Origin: an uncultured Acidobacteriota bacterium
GTDB taxonomy: Bacteria > Actinomycetota > Acidimicrobiia > Spongiisociales > ZC4RG35
Assembly (NCBI GenBank): GCA_963828465.1
Contig: CAWHEU010000022.1
Span: 347,400 to 411,399, forward strand
Reading direction: 5' to 3'
Length of the DNA stretch: 64,000 nt
In this document: positions 50,782-61,342 of the stretch, in pieces
How the letters are laid out: each line of letters starts with the position of its first letter
Position numbering within the stretch: the stretch's first letter is position 1
Program-made: the position numbers and the translations under genes
Notes under the pieces: model-generated
What the model was told of the DNA's origin: nothing
The model's input: only the letters and a program-made list of their open reading frames with translations
Databases searched by the model: none

Positions 50782-52853
50782 CCATCGACCATCCAGCGCT
50801 CCCCCCGGTTGTCTCCCGACCCTGGATCGGTGCCGCGGTGGCAGCGATGCTCGCGGCATGGGCCGGGCGCTCTCCTGGCTGGGGTCTCGTTCTGGCCTCG
50901 GTCCCTGTCCTTTGGATGTCGGCGAAGGGCCGGATCGGGGCTGCCCTGATCGTGGCTGTTGTCGCACTCCACTCTTCGATCGCCAATGCATCTCTCGAGC
51001 CGTTGCCCAGGGGCCGCCTCGAAACCGAGGGGGTGATGGCCGGCGATGTCATCGACGGCCGATATGGGCCATACGCCCTGGTCGATGTCGTTTCTGGCCC
51101 GATCCTGGCCGACCTTCCGCCGAGCGCAGAAGCGTCACTCGGTGACGTCGTCCGGATCGAGGGAAGCGTCGTCGGTGAGGCAGGGGAGCTCGGGGGCCGG
51201 CTCTATCTCGGAACGGTCGACGTCGACGAGTTCGAGGTTGTTTCCGGTGCCAGGTCGCCGTTGATCGCACTGGGGAACGCGATGCGTAACCGGGTCATCG
51301 AGCGTCTCAGGCCGCTCGAGGGTGGCCGTGGCCTTCTCGCCGGATTCATGGTGGGCGACACCAGCGGGGTGGATGAGGTCGACCAGGCGGCGATGAGGAG
51401 GGCGGGTCTCTCGCATTTCACGGCTGTGAGCGGTTCGAACGTCGCGATCTTCCTGGGTCTCCTCTACGTGGCGGTAGGCCCGATCGGAATCGGGCCGAAG
51501 CGGAGGGCGGTTCTAGGCCTCCTCGGTCTGCCGGTGTTCGCAGCAGCCACACGATTCGAGCCCTCCGTCCTGCGTGCCTCCGCGATGGCCGGCTTGATTC
51601 TCGCCGGTCGTCTGATCGGGGTCGCGATGGAGACCTGGCAGGTTCTGTCCGCCGCCGTGATCGCGCTGGTGATCATCGACCCGGGTCTGGTGGCCAGCGC
51701 CGGGTTTCAGCTCTCGGTTGCAGCCACGGTTGGGGTGATCGTCGGCGCCAGATGGCCGTCCTCCGGCGGCAAGGTGATGCGGGCCCTGGCTGTGAGCATC
51801 GGTGCGCAGGTGGCAGTCGCCCCGCTGCTCATCCTTCACTTCGGCGTCGTACCCCTCCTCTCTCCCCTCGCCAACCTCCTGGCGGCGCCGCTGGTCGCTG
51901 GTTCCACCGTTCTGGGTGTGCTTGGAGTCGTCGGGCCGACCCTCCTGTCCGATCTGGGTGCGGGCCTGGCGGACGTCGTCCTTTGGATAGCTCGAACGGC
52001 AGCAGCATGGCCTCAGGTCGGCTGGTTGGGGATGGGGATCATGCTCGTGGCGGGGTTGATTCATCTGTTTCGACCGGGGCTCAGGGGTGTCGTGGCCCTA
52101 TTGGGAGCGGGCGTAGTCGCCTTTCTGATGCTGGCCCCAGCCCGCTCACTACCCGAGCATGGTGCGGTGGTCCTCGATGTGGGCCAGGGTGACGCGGTGC
52201 TGCTGTCGGGCGGTCCTGGGAATCTCGCTCTTGTCGACGGCGGTCCCGATCCGGTCACTCTGATCGAGAACATGGACGAGTACCGGGTGAAGGCGCTGGA
52301 TCTCGTGGTCCTGACCCACGCCCACGCCGATCACGCTCTCGGTCTCACAGCTCTGGCGGGGAGGATCTCGATCGGGGAGGTTTGGGCCCGGGTCCACCCC
52401 CATGAGACGGCAGCCTCGACTGACCTCTTCAGACTCCTCTCGGGAGCCGGTATCCAGGTCGTGGAGCCGTCGATGGGTGAGGAGTACCGCCTCGGGGCGC
52501 TGACCCTCGCTGTGGACGGCCCATCCCGTCAATACGCCTCATCGAACGACCAGTCGATCGTCCTCACCGTGAGAGGTCCCAGGAGAACCATGCTGCTGGC
52601 GGGCGACATCGAGACCTACGCCCAGGCCGAGTTGGCGCATCTGAGGGCGGATGTGCTGAAGGTGCCCCATCATGGTGCCGGTACTTCAGACGCTCGCTGG
52701 CTGGAACACGTGGGTGCCGACCTGGCTGTGATCTCAGTTGGCGCTAACGATTTCGGGCATCCCGTCGACTGGGTCATCTCAACACTCGAGAAGAGCGGCG
52801 CCACTGTCTTGCGCACGGATCTGGTCGGAGACGTCCTCGTTCCTCTCGGCTGA
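50778..52853 (+). CDS. comEC: DNA internalization competence protein ComEC/Rec2
   Basis: Polytopic competence domain + C-terminal MBL domain (VLDVGQGDAVLL, LTHAHADHALGL). Confidence 0.88.
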   Translation: MTIDHPALPPVVSRPWIGAAVAAMLAAWAGRSPGWGLVLASVPVLWMSAKGRIGAALIVAVVALHSSIANASLEPLPRGRLETEGVMAGDVIDGRYGPYALVDVVSGPILADLPPSAEASLGDVVRIEGSVVGEAGELGGRLYLGTVDVDEFEVVSGARSPLIALGNAMRNRVIERLRPLEGGRGLLAGFMVGDTSGVDEVDQAAMRRAGLSHFTAVSGSNVAIFLGLLYVAVGPIGIGPKRRAVLGLLGLPVFAAATRFEPSVLRASAMAGLILAGRLIGVAMETWQVLSAAVIALVIIDPGLVASAGFQLSVAATVGVIVGARWPSSGGKVMRALAVSIGAQVAVAPLLILHFGVVPLLSPLANLLAAPLVAGSTVLGVLGVVGPTLLSDLGAGLADVVLWIARTAAAWPQVGWLGMGIMLVAGLIHLFRPGLRGVVALLGAGVVAFLMLAPARSLPEHGAVVLDVGQGDAVLLSGGPGNLALVDGGPDPVTLIENMDEYRVKALDLVVLTHAHADHALGLTALAGRISIGEVWARVHPHETAASTDLFRLLSGAGIQVVEPSMGEEYRLGALTLAVDGPSRQYASSNDQSIVLTVRGPRRTMLLAGDIETYAQAELAHLRADVLKVPHHGAGTSDARWLEHVGADLAVISVGANDFGHPVDWVISTLEKSGATVLRTDLVGDVLVPLG

Positions 52854-52871
52854 AGCTGGGAGACTGGGTCG

Positions 52872-53666
52872 GTGCTGGATCTAGGTGTGACGCAACTTCC
52901 CCTGGGAGAAATCACATATGTGATGGGAGTCATCAACGTCTCCCCGGATTCCAAGAACGTCCACACCGTCGTCGGTTCCGTTGACGAGGCGTTGCTCTTG
53001 GCCGACCGTTATCGGTCCTGGGGGGCCACGATGATCGACCTCGGTGGGCAATCGTCACACTTCGACAACCTGACAATCGAGGCGACGGACGAGATCGCAA
53101 GAGTGGTCCCGGTCATCGAGGCCCTGGTCGCCGAGGGGCATCTGGTCGGAATCGATACCTGGAAGCCGGATGTGGCCTCCGCAGCCGTCGACGCCGGGGC
53201 GGTCATCATCAACGACACCGGTGGTCTGGCCGACCCGGAGATGCGCCAGGCCGTCGCCCAGGCCGGGGTCGCGGCCATCGCCGTATATGTGGAAGGGGAC
53301 AACCCGCACAATGTCGGAGAGATCGAGATCACGGAGGACAAGGCCGACCAGACGGCGAATGCCTTTGGCGTTCTGCTCTCTGAGCTGGCAGAGGTCGGCA
53401 TCGAGAACGTGATCCTCGATCCGGGAATCGCCCTCAACTATCGAGGCGACTACGAGGCGTATACCCGGATGCAACTCCGGGTCATCGCCGATTCCGGGCG
53501 GTTGCGGGATCTCGGCAAGCCGGTCCTGATCCCGATCCCGCGGAAGCGAGATTTCCATCGCGTGGTGGCCTACATCTCACTCGCATTGGAGCACAAGGCG
53601 GACATCATCCGGGTCCACGACGTGGCCGTCGCTTGCGACCTGGCCAAGCTCTTCGGGCGTGCCTGA
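52872..53666 (+). CDS. dihydropteroate synthase-like pterin-binding protein (FolP paralog; canonical SFSDGG loop absent)
   Basis: VMGVINVSPDS... pterin-binding TIM-barrel signature, but the SFSDGG catalytic loop is replaced by SKNVHTVVG. Confidence 0.65.
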   Translation: MLDLGVTQLPLGEITYVMGVINVSPDSKNVHTVVGSVDEALLLADRYRSWGATMIDLGGQSSHFDNLTIEATDEIARVVPVIEALVAEGHLVGIDTWKPDVASAAVDAGAVIINDTGGLADPEMRQAVAQAGVAAIAVYVEGDNPHNVGEIEITEDKADQTANAFGVLLSELAEVGIENVILDPGIALNYRGDYEAYTRMQLRVIADSGRLRDLGKPVLIPIPRKRDFHRVVAYISLALEHKADIIRVHDVAVACDLAKLFGRA

Positions 53667-53704
53667 CCAACGAATCGGTCGGTGGTTCTGATTACCGTCA
53701 AGCC

Positions 53705-54688
53705 ATGGCGTTGCTGCTGATCTCGGCGCAGTCGAATGCAGGGCCCGGAGAGCGTGAGCAGATGCTCGATGGAGCGGCACAGCATTTCGCACGAGCCGGG
53801 CTGGAGCGGGGCCAGGTGGTCAGGGTCGACGTGCCGGGTCGCGGGGCAGGGGAGGAGGGTGACGGTGCCCTCCGCACCGAGTTGGAGCCGGTCATCCCGT
53901 TGCTGCAATCCGGTTCGCTCTTCGGAGAGGGTCAAGGCTTGCAGCTCGTAGACGCCCAGAATCTTCAAGCCTCGGAGGGCGCCGTATTGGAGGAGTTGAT
54001 CGAGACGGCCGACCTCGCCACGATCGAAGTGGTGATCCTGGCTACCGGAGCCCTGCCCAGGTCATTGTCCGCCCTCGTCAAGAGGCTGGGCAGCTCCCAG
54101 TCGGTGCGAAAAATGTGGGAGAGGCAGGCCATGCAATGGCTCGAAGCCGAAGTCCGCGATCGTGGCCTCACCCTCGAGAAGGGCGCCGAGAAGGCCCTTC
54201 TCCAGAAATTTGGTTCCGATACGGCAGCCATGGGACAGGCGCTCGATCAGCTCGAGCAGACCAGCGGGAAGATCACCAAGGATGTCGTGCTCGACCGGTT
54301 CAAGAACCGTCCCGACGAGCCGACCTTCCTGATCACAGATGCGATGTCGAGAGGCGACGTTGGGGAGGCGCTGCGACGTCTCTCGGATTTCCTCGTCCAC
54401 GGGCATCCGCTGGTGTTTCTGGCGGCTGTCGAGTCGGATCTGAAGAAGCGAGCGCTTGCGGCGGCGGCGCCGGATGAGCCGACGTTCCGCCAATGGCTCG
54501 GCGCCACAGCCGCCGATCGGGGGCCGGCACGGTTCTGGTCACAGCGGGGACGGGTCAGGGAGTCGTCGTTGCGACGAGCTCAAGAGGCCTTGGTGCGGGC
54601 GGACCGGGTGATCAAGTCACAACCGGAAGAGGTGCATCGGGTGACTCTGGAGCGGCTGACGGTTGCCTTCTGCCGCTGGTATGGGTGA
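53705..54688 (+). CDS. holA: DNA polymerase III subunit delta
   Basis: Conserved position after comEC; delta-subunit fold; the start at 53705 avoids overlap with the upstream gene. Confidence 0.75.
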   Translation: MALLLISAQSNAGPGEREQMLDGAAQHFARAGLERGQVVRVDVPGRGAGEEGDGALRTELEPVIPLLQSGSLFGEGQGLQLVDAQNLQASEGAVLEELIETADLATIEVVILATGALPRSLSALVKRLGSSQSVRKMWERQAMQWLEAEVRDRGLTLEKGAEKALLQKFGSDTAAMGQALDQLEQTSGKITKDVVLDRFKNRPDEPTFLITDAMSRGDVGEALRRLSDFLVHGHPLVFLAAVESDLKKRALAAAAPDEPTFRQWLGATAADRGPARFWSQRGRVRESSLRRAQEALVRADRVIKSQPEEVHRVTLERLTVAFCRWYG

Positions 54689-54720
54689 ACGCTCCTGCCG
54701 GGGCGTTCACGTACTAGAAA

Positions 54721-54978
54721 CTAGGCGCTAGTAGTGACTCGCTTGGCGAGTCGTGACTTCTTGCGGGCGGCGGCCTTCTTGTGGAGGACGCCCTTCGAGA
54801 CCGCCGTGTCGATCTTCGCCTGCGCCTCGCGGAGCAACTCGTCGGTTGGCTCGCCTGCGGCGGCAGCTGTCTCCACTTTCTTGACACTCGTCTTCAGGTT
54901 GGAGTTGATCGATTTGTTGCGCATACGCCGGATCTCGTTCTGGCGGTTCCGCTTGATCTGTGACTTGATGTTGGCCAT
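54721..54978 (-). CDS. rpsT: 30S ribosomal protein S20
   Basis: [15 protein letters not shown]... Confidence 0.9.
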   Translation of the reverse strand: MANIKSQIKRNRQNEIRRMRNKSINSNLKTSVKKVETAAAAGEPTDELLREAQAKIDTAVSKGVLHKKAAARKKSRLAKRVTTSA

Positions 54979-55096
54979 GTTGAAAAAGGTCTCGATTGGT
55001 CGGGAATCGGCACTCATGGGTCGGGTCTGTGCGCCGGAAACTGCAGAGTAGCAGCCCCATATTCCAAGGTACAATGCCGCCTCCTCCCGGTTTCCC

Positions 55097-56905
55097 GTGA
55101 CCAATCAATCGCGCATACGCAACTTCTCGATAATCGCCCACATCGACCATGGGAAGTCGACCCTGGCCGATCGCCTCCTGGAGTTGACCGGCGCGGTCAG
55201 CGAGCGTGACATGCGTGAGCAGATCCTCGACACGATGGACCTGGAGCGGGAGCGCGGGATCACTATCAAGGCACAGACCGTCCGGCTCTCCTATCGGGCC
55301 GCCGACGGTCATGAATACGAGCTGAACCTCATCGACACGCCGGGGCATGTCGACTTCTCCTACGAGGTGTCCCGCTCGCTTGCTGCATGCGAAGGCGCCT
55401 TGCTGCTGGTGGATGCCGCCCAGGGCGTCCAGGCGCAGACTCTGGCCAATGCCTACCTCGCTGTCGACGCCGGGCTCGAGGTGATACCGGCCATCAACAA
55501 GATCGATCTGATCGCCGCAGACCCCGACCGCGTCGCCGGCGAGATCACCAACGTGATCGGCGGATCCTCCGACGACATCGTGCGAATCTCGGCCAAGACC
55601 GGAGAAGGCGTGACCGGGCTACTCGAGCGTCTCGTCGAGCAGGTGCCACCACCGGCGGGCGATCCCGATGCCCCTCTGCGCGCCCTCGTCTTCGACTCTT
55701 ACTACGACGCGTACAGGGGAGTGGTCTGTTACGTCCGTGTCGTCGACGGCCGGCTCCGTTCCGGATTCCGGCTGAAGTTCATCGCCACTGGAGAGACACA
55801 CGACGCAGCGGAAGTAGGCGTCCTCACGCCCTCGGCGAAACCGGTCAGCGCCCTCGAAGCGGGAGAGGTTGGCTATCTGATAACCGGGGTCAAGGAGATC
55901 GACCGGATCAAGGTCGGTGACACTCTGACCGACGCCGCAAGCCCGGCTCGTGACCCGCTGCCCGGTTACGCCGAGCCCAAACCGATGGTTTTCTCGGGTC
56001 TGTTTCCCACCGATGGCGACGACTTCGAACGGTTGCGGGAGGCGCTCGAGAAGCTCCGCCTCAACGACGGGTCATTGATGTGGGAGGCGGAGACGAGTCG
56101 CGCCCTGGGATTCGGGTTCCGGGTCGGCTTCCTCGGCCTGCTCCACATGGAGATCGTGAGGGAGCGCTTGGAGCGCGAGTACGACCTGGACCTGGTCGCC
56201 ACGGCGCCTTCGGTCGCCTATCGAGTGACCCTCCCTGACGGCAGCATTCGAGAGATCAAGTCGCCCCAAGATCTGCCTGACCCCGGGGGCCGGGTCGGCG
56301 TCTCCGAGCCGTACGTTCGGGCGATGATCCTCACCCCGACCGAGTACGTCGGCCCGATCATGGAGCTGGTCACGACGAAACGGGGCGAGATGGGCAACAT
56401 GAGCTATCTGAGCCCGGAGCGGGTCGAGCTCGACTACCAGATTCCCCTGGCCGAGATCGTGTTCGACTTCTTCGACCTCCTCAAGTCGAGGACGAAGGGC
56501 TATGCCTCGCTCGACTATGAGCCGGCCGACTACCGGACGGCTGACCTGGTCAAGGTCGACATCCTGCTCAATGGCCAGCCGGTGGATGCGTTCTCCGCCG
56601 TTCTCCATCGTGACAAAGCCTCCGACTACGGGAAGACGATGACCGGGCGTCTTCGCAGTCTGATCCCGCGCCAGATGTTCGATGTGCCGATACAGGCGGC
56701 GATCGGGGGCAAGATCATCAGTCGGGAGACGGTGAAGGCGAAACGCAAGGACGTGATCGCCAAGTGCTACGGCGGTGATGTCACACGCAAGAAGAAGCTT
56801 CTCAGCAAGCAGAAGGAAGGCAAGAAGCGAATGAAGATGGTGGGCTCGGTGGAGGTCCCCCAGGAGGCGTTTGTGGCCGCACTCCGGGTCGACGACGACT
56901 CATGA
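55097..56905 (+). CDS. lepA: elongation factor 4 (LepA)
   Basis: [28 protein letters not shown]. Confidence 0.93.
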   Translation: MTNQSRIRNFSIIAHIDHGKSTLADRLLELTGAVSERDMREQILDTMDLERERGITIKAQTVRLSYRAADGHEYELNLIDTPGHVDFSYEVSRSLAACEGALLLVDAAQGVQAQTLANAYLAVDAGLEVIPAINKIDLIAADPDRVAGEITNVIGGSSDDIVRISAKTGEGVTGLLERLVEQVPPPAGDPDAPLRALVFDSYYDAYRGVVCYVRVVDGRLRSGFRLKFIATGETHDAAEVGVLTPSAKPVSALEAGEVGYLITGVKEIDRIKVGDTLTDAASPARDPLPGYAEPKPMVFSGLFPTDGDDFERLREALEKLRLNDGSLMWEAETSRALGFGFRVGFLGLLHMEIVRERLEREYDLDLVATAPSVAYRVTLPDGSIREIKSPQDLPDPGGRVGVSEPYVRAMILTPTEYVGPIMELVTTKRGEMGNMSYLSPERVELDYQIPLAEIVFDFFDLLKSRTKGYASLDYEPADYRTADLVKVDILLNGQPVDAFSAVLHRDKASDYGKTMTGRLRSLIPRQMFDVPIQAAIGGKIISRETVKAKRKDVIAKCYGGDVTRKKKLLSKQKEGKKRMKMVGSVEVPQEAFVAALRVDDDS

Positions 56906-58077
56906 ACAGCACAGACGTCGACATCCACGCCTCGAAAGCCGCTGCTTACGTCCACATCCCGTTCTGCTCCGCCGTCTGCCCATACTGCGACTTCGCCGTG
57001 GTGGCTGGGGCGGATGACCGAATCGAGCGTTACATCGATGCCGTCGTCGCCGAGATCCGCATGGCGGGGCCCTGGCAGGAGCTCGAGGCGGTGTACTTCG
57101 GTGGGGGCACCCCAAGCCATGTCAGTCCGCATTTCCTGGGACTGGTTCTCGACGCCCTTCAGGCCTGTCATGGCATCGCAGAAGATGCCGAAGTATCACT
57201 GGAGGCCAACCCCGAGGACTTCAGTGAGCAAAGGGCTGACGCCCTGCTCACCGCCGGATTCAACCGGGTGTCATTCGGGGCTCAGAGTTTCGATGACGGA
57301 GTGCTGGCCAGGTTGGGCCGGCGTCATCGAGCCGAGGACATCGAGGGCTCAGTCGACAACGCACGTCGGGCGGGCTTTGGCAACATCTCGCTCGACCTGA
57401 TCTTCGGCACACCGGAGGAGACTGAACGGTCGTGGGAGGATTCACTGCAACGAGCGGTCGACCTCCGGCCGGACCATGTCTCCTGCTACGCGCTGACCGT
57501 CGAGCCGGGCACTCCGCTTCATCGTGAGGTGAAGGCCGGGGCCGATGCGCCGGATCCCGACGTCCAAGCTGATCGCTACGAGCTTGCCGAGCGACTCCTT
57601 CCCATCGCAGGGCTCGAAAGGTACGAGGTGTCCAACTGGTCCCGAGCCGGCCAGGAATGCAAGTACAACCTCGTCGTTTGGGCCCAGGGCGAGTACGAGG
57701 CCTACGGCAACGGGGCCCACCGCTTCCTGAACGGGGTGCGAAGTCACAACGTGCGCCGGCTCGACGCATACGTGGATCGTGTCGAGGGCGGAATGAGGCC
57801 CATTGCCGGCGCCGACCCGATCGAGGGTTGGGATGTCGAGATCGACCGCCTCTTCGTTGGTTTGCGCCGATCGGCAGGCGTGGGTACCGGCCCCGGCGTG
57901 GAGTCGCTGCTTCAGACCAGCGGTGGGCAGATGCTGCTCAGAGAAGGGATCATCGAGGTCGCCAAGGGCAGACTCATGGTCCGGCGACCGTTGCTCACCG
58001 ACGAGGTGCACCGCCAAGTGCTCGATCTGGACCCACCGCAGGGGTGGGTGGAGTCGACCAACACGGATAACCTCTGA
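56902..58077 (+). CDS. hemW: radical SAM heme chaperone HemW (coproporphyrinogen III oxidase-like)
   Basis: CxxxCxxC as [10 protein letters not shown]; lepA-hemW-hrcA-dnaJ synteny. Confidence 0.85.
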   Translation: MNSTDVDIHASKAAAYVHIPFCSAVCPYCDFAVVAGADDRIERYIDAVVAEIRMAGPWQELEAVYFGGGTPSHVSPHFLGLVLDALQACHGIAEDAEVSLEANPEDFSEQRADALLTAGFNRVSFGAQSFDDGVLARLGRRHRAEDIEGSVDNARRAGFGNISLDLIFGTPEETERSWEDSLQRAVDLRPDHVSCYALTVEPGTPLHREVKAGADAPDPDVQADRYELAERLLPIAGLERYEVSNWSRAGQECKYNLVVWAQGEYEAYGNGAHRFLNGVRSHNVRRLDAYVDRVEGGMRPIAGADPIEGWDVEIDRLFVGLRRSAGVGTGPGVESLLQTSGGQMLLREGIIEVAKGRLMVRRPLLTDEVHRQVLDLDPPQGWVESTNTDNL

Positions 58078-58083
58078 TGCAAC

Positions 58084-59085
58084 ATGCTTGAAGATCGTCG
58101 GTCCGAGATCCTTCGCGCCCTGGTTGAGGAGCACATTCGTTCGGGGGAGCCGGTGAGTTCCCGTGCCATCGTGGACCGCGCCCATCTGCCGGTCTCCAGT
58201 GCGACCGTGAGGAACGACTTGGCCGCCCTCGAGGCGGAGGGCTTCGTCATCCAGCCCCACACGTCGGCCGGCAGGGTCCCTACCGCCGCCGCTTATCGGT
58301 ATTACGTCGACCATCTCGGCCCGGGGAGGCTTCGCTCGACGGCGCAGGCCAAGATCAACTCCTTCTTCGGCGAGGTTCATCTCGAGCTCTCCAAGCTGCT
58401 CAAGGAGACTTCCGATCTCCTTGCCGAGGTGACAGATTTGCCTGCTGTCGTCGTGGCCCCGGCCCTCCGTGGGGACCGGGTGCGTGATCTGCACAGCGTT
58501 CAGGTCACGGCCGATCAGATGCTGCTGATCGTCGTCACAGACGGGGGCCGTGTGCTCCAGCAGAGGGCCAGGGTCCGGGTCCCGATCACCGCGACCGAGT
58601 TGGAAGAGGCCCACCGAGTGGTCAGTGCTGCCGTCGTCGGGTCGGACCTCGGGGCCACCCCGATGATCAGCGAAGAGGTGCTCGGAGGACTCGACGAGCG
58701 AACACGTGAGGCGGTCCTGACCATGAACGACGGATTGCATCTGGCCGCGGCCGCAGGCACGGAGATCTTCATCGGAGGGACTCAGCGGCTCACCTCGGTG
58801 TGGGAGGACCTCAGCGCCGTGCAGCGAATCCTGGAAGTGCTTGCCCGTGAGGCCGAGGTCATGAAGATCCTTGCGGTGGCCTCGGGGACATCGATTCAGA
58901 TTGGTGCCGAGTTGCATTTGCAAGATGTCGACCTTGCCGTCGTCTCCAAGACCTACGAGGCGGGGGCCAGCGGCGGGTCGGTTGGCGTCATCGGGCCGAT
59001 GCGGATGAACTACAAGCGGGCCATCTCGGCGGTCGAGGAGGTCTCCCGCGAGTTGGAGGACCGGATCAGCTCCGAAAAAGACTGA
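58084..59085 (+). CDS. hrcA: heat-inducible transcription repressor HrcA
   Basis: N-terminal winged helix ILRALVEEHIRSGEPVSS. Confidence 0.85.
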   Translation: MLEDRRSEILRALVEEHIRSGEPVSSRAIVDRAHLPVSSATVRNDLAALEAEGFVIQPHTSAGRVPTAAAYRYYVDHLGPGRLRSTAQAKINSFFGEVHLELSKLLKETSDLLAEVTDLPAVVVAPALRGDRVRDLHSVQVTADQMLLIVVTDGGRVLQQRARVRVPITATELEEAHRVVSAAVVGSDLGATPMISEEVLGGLDERTREAVLTMNDGLHLAAAAGTEIFIGGTQRLTSVWEDLSAVQRILEVLAREAEVMKILAVASGTSIQIGAELHLQDVDLAVVSKTYEAGASGGSVGVIGPMRMNYKRAISAVEEVSRELEDRISSEKD

Positions 59086-59088
59086 CCG

Positions 59089-60165
59089 ATGGCCAAGAAC
59101 TATTACGACATCCTGGGGGTCGGTAGGGACGCCACCAGTGAAGAGATCAAGAAGGCCTTTCGGCTGATCGCGCGCGCCACCCATCCCGATGCCAATCCGG
59201 GCGATCCGGTGGCGGAGGCTCGGTTTCGTGATGCAGCCGAGGCCTATGAGGTCCTGTCCGATCCGGATCGGCGACGCCGATACGACAGGGGAGACACGAT
59301 CGATCTCTCAGATCTGTTCGCCGGCTTTGGCGGATTCGACGATCTTCTGCGTTCGGTGTTCGGCGACAGCTCGATGTTTGGTGGTGGGGCCCGGAGTCGT
59401 CCGACCCGGGGTGGCGACGTCCTGGTTCGGACGGAAGTCGATCTGATCGATGCCGCCTTCGGCACCGATGTCGAGGTCACCTTCGCGACCATGGACACGT
59501 GCCAGGTCTGTTCCGGCACCGGAGCCGAGGAGGGTCATGGTCAGACCACCTGTCCTGAGTGCGGCGGCGCAGGCTCGGTGCGGATGGCGCGACGATCCCT
59601 CTTCGGCACGATGATGACCGTTGTCACGTGCCCGAGCTGTCGTGGCGAGGGCGTGCTGGTGACCAGCCCGTGTTCGGCTTGCTCAGGGATCGGCGCCGTG
59701 GATGGCGAGCGAACGATGACCGTCGAAGTTCCCGCGGGCGTGTCCTCCGGGACGCGCTTACGCATCTCGGGTCGTGGTCAGTCGGGAGGACGTTACGGGC
59801 CGCCCGGCGACCTCTACGTCGAGATCCTGGTTGCCCCCGACACCCGGTTCGAGCGTCACGACTCCGATCTCGTCCATCGTGTGTCGGTCGGCATCGCCGA
59901 GGCGTCGCTCGGGACCAGGATCGCCATCCCTTTGATCGAGGGCGGCGAGAGCGATCTCGACATCCCGGCCGGCACCCAACCCGAGACCGTGTTCCGGATG
60001 CCAGGCATGGGCGTCACGCATCTCGGCCGGCGGACGAGGGGCGACCTCCATGTAGTCGTCTCCGTCGCAGTTCCGCGCGACCTCACCAGTGACGAGGAGG
60101 AAGCCCTCCGGCGATGGGCCGAGTTGCGGGGTGAGAGGACGGACCGGCCCGCCTCGGCCGGCTGA
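59089..60165 (+). CDS. dnaJ: molecular chaperone DnaJ
   Basis: J-domain HPD (ATHPDANPGD); four CxxCxGxG repeats. Confidence 0.92.
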   Translation: MAKNYYDILGVGRDATSEEIKKAFRLIARATHPDANPGDPVAEARFRDAAEAYEVLSDPDRRRRYDRGDTIDLSDLFAGFGGFDDLLRSVFGDSSMFGGGARSRPTRGGDVLVRTEVDLIDAAFGTDVEVTFATMDTCQVCSGTGAEEGHGQTTCPECGGAGSVRMARRSLFGTMMTVVTCPSCRGEGVLVTSPCSACSGIGAVDGERTMTVEVPAGVSSGTRLRISGRGQSGGRYGPPGDLYVEILVAPDTRFERHDSDLVHRVSVGIAEASLGTRIAIPLIEGGESDLDIPAGTQPETVFRMPGMGVTHLGRRTRGDLHVVVSVAVPRDLTSDEEEALRRWAELRGERTDRPASAG

Positions 60166-60177
60166 TCCAGTAAGCCG

Positions 60178-60809
60178 ATGGGCCACGTGCCGCATCTTCT
60201 GGTTCCGGGTCCCTGGACCGGGGACCTTCTGAAGCTGTCGGTGGAGCAAAGACGCCATCTCGAGAAGGTCCTCCGCGTTGGAGACGGAGAGCCGGTGTCT
60301 TACACCGACGGCGAAGGGCGGGCCGGCGACGGGCAGCTTCTGAGCGGTGGGGTGGTGAGGGGGCAGGAGATCTTGGTCCCTGCCCCATCTGACCTGATTG
60401 TGATTGCCGCCCCGCCAGACAATCGGGATCGAGCCCGATTCCTGGTCGAGAAGCTCGCCGAGATGGGTGTAGCCGAATTGCTCTTCGTCGACACCAGGCA
60501 CGGGCACGGCCGACCGCCAAATGCAACGAAGCTTCGATCGTGGTCGGTGTCAGGCCTGGAGCAGTCTCGAGGTGCATGGTTGATGAGGACTTCGGACACT
60601 CTGGTCGCCCTCGCCGCGATCGATCGACCCTTCGTGGTGTGCGATCGGGGCGGAGGACGGGAGACTCCCCCCGCGGGACAGTGGTCATCGGGCCCGAGGG
60701 CGGATGGGCATCGGGTGAGATCCCGGAGGATGTGATCCGCTGGGATCTAGGCGATACGGTGCTCCGGGTGGAGACTGCCGCTCTCGTGGCCGCAGCGCGC
60801 CTCCTATGA
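60178..60809 (+). CDS. rsmE: 16S rRNA (uracil1498-N3)-methyltransferase RsmE, -1 frameshift in a C6 run near 60667-60672
   Basis: The N-terminal PUA-like part and the C-terminal VVIGPEGGW...LRVETAALVAAARL (ORF 60540-60809) are in different frames. Confidence 0.8.
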
Positions 60810-60861
60810 ATCCTGGCGCGGAACATGTAGCATCTCGCCACGGGCTTACGGGAGGAGACCC

Positions 60862-61275
60862 TTGGTGGACAGGTTCAGTGCTTCGCTTGGCTTGCGCCTG
60901 CGCGCAGCACGTCGTCAGCGGGGTTGGTCGCTGGGGGAGCTCGAGTCATATACAGGCGGTGAGTTCAAGGCGTCCGTCGTCGGCGCATATGAGCGTGGAG
61001 AGCGCGCGCTGAGTGTTCAACGACTGGTCCGCCTGGCGGAGATCTATGCGGTCCCACCCTCCGATCTCTTACCCCTCGGTTCTCAGGAGCGAGGTGTTTT
61101 GATCGATCTGGATGTGGCCGCCGAGGGCAAGGATGGCGATCTCATCGACCGATATCTCGCTGCAATCCATTTTCTGCGCCGTGAGGGCAGGCCCGATGAG
61201 GTCCGCGACTCCGACAAGGCGGTGATCGCCTCATTGCTCGATTCGACGGTGGAAGTCGCCTCCGGGCCTGACTGA
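60862..61275 (+). CDS. XRE-family HTH transcriptional regulator
   Basis: LRLRAARRQRGWSLGELESYTG...SVQRLVRLAEIY Cro/C1-type HTH. Confidence 0.65.
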   Translation: MVDRFSASLGLRLRAARRQRGWSLGELESYTGGEFKASVVGAYERGERALSVQRLVRLAEIYAVPPSDLLPLGSQERGVLIDLDVAAEGKDGDLIDRYLAAIHFLRREGRPDEVRDSDKAVIASLLDSTVEVASGPD

Positions 61276-61342
61276 ATTCTCCGAATCAGCATGGGGCGGC
61301 CTCTACAATGGTCGCGACGCCACAGAGAGGGCGTCGTCTTCT

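Noticed and set aside
58078-58083. CIRCE operator for HrcA
   Set aside because: hrcA follows hemW with only a 6-nt spacer. No TTAGCACTC-N9-GAGTGCTAA element was seen in the window.
57442-59184. Very long antisense ORFs (580 aa here; also 6882-7622, 16213-17187, 23057-24256, 12195-13028, 29860-30648)
   Set aside because: They are Arg/Pro/Gly-rich, lie opposite well-supported conserved genes (hemW/hrcA, clpX, rodA, vwa, mreB/C), have no motifs and are typical high-GC frame artefacts.
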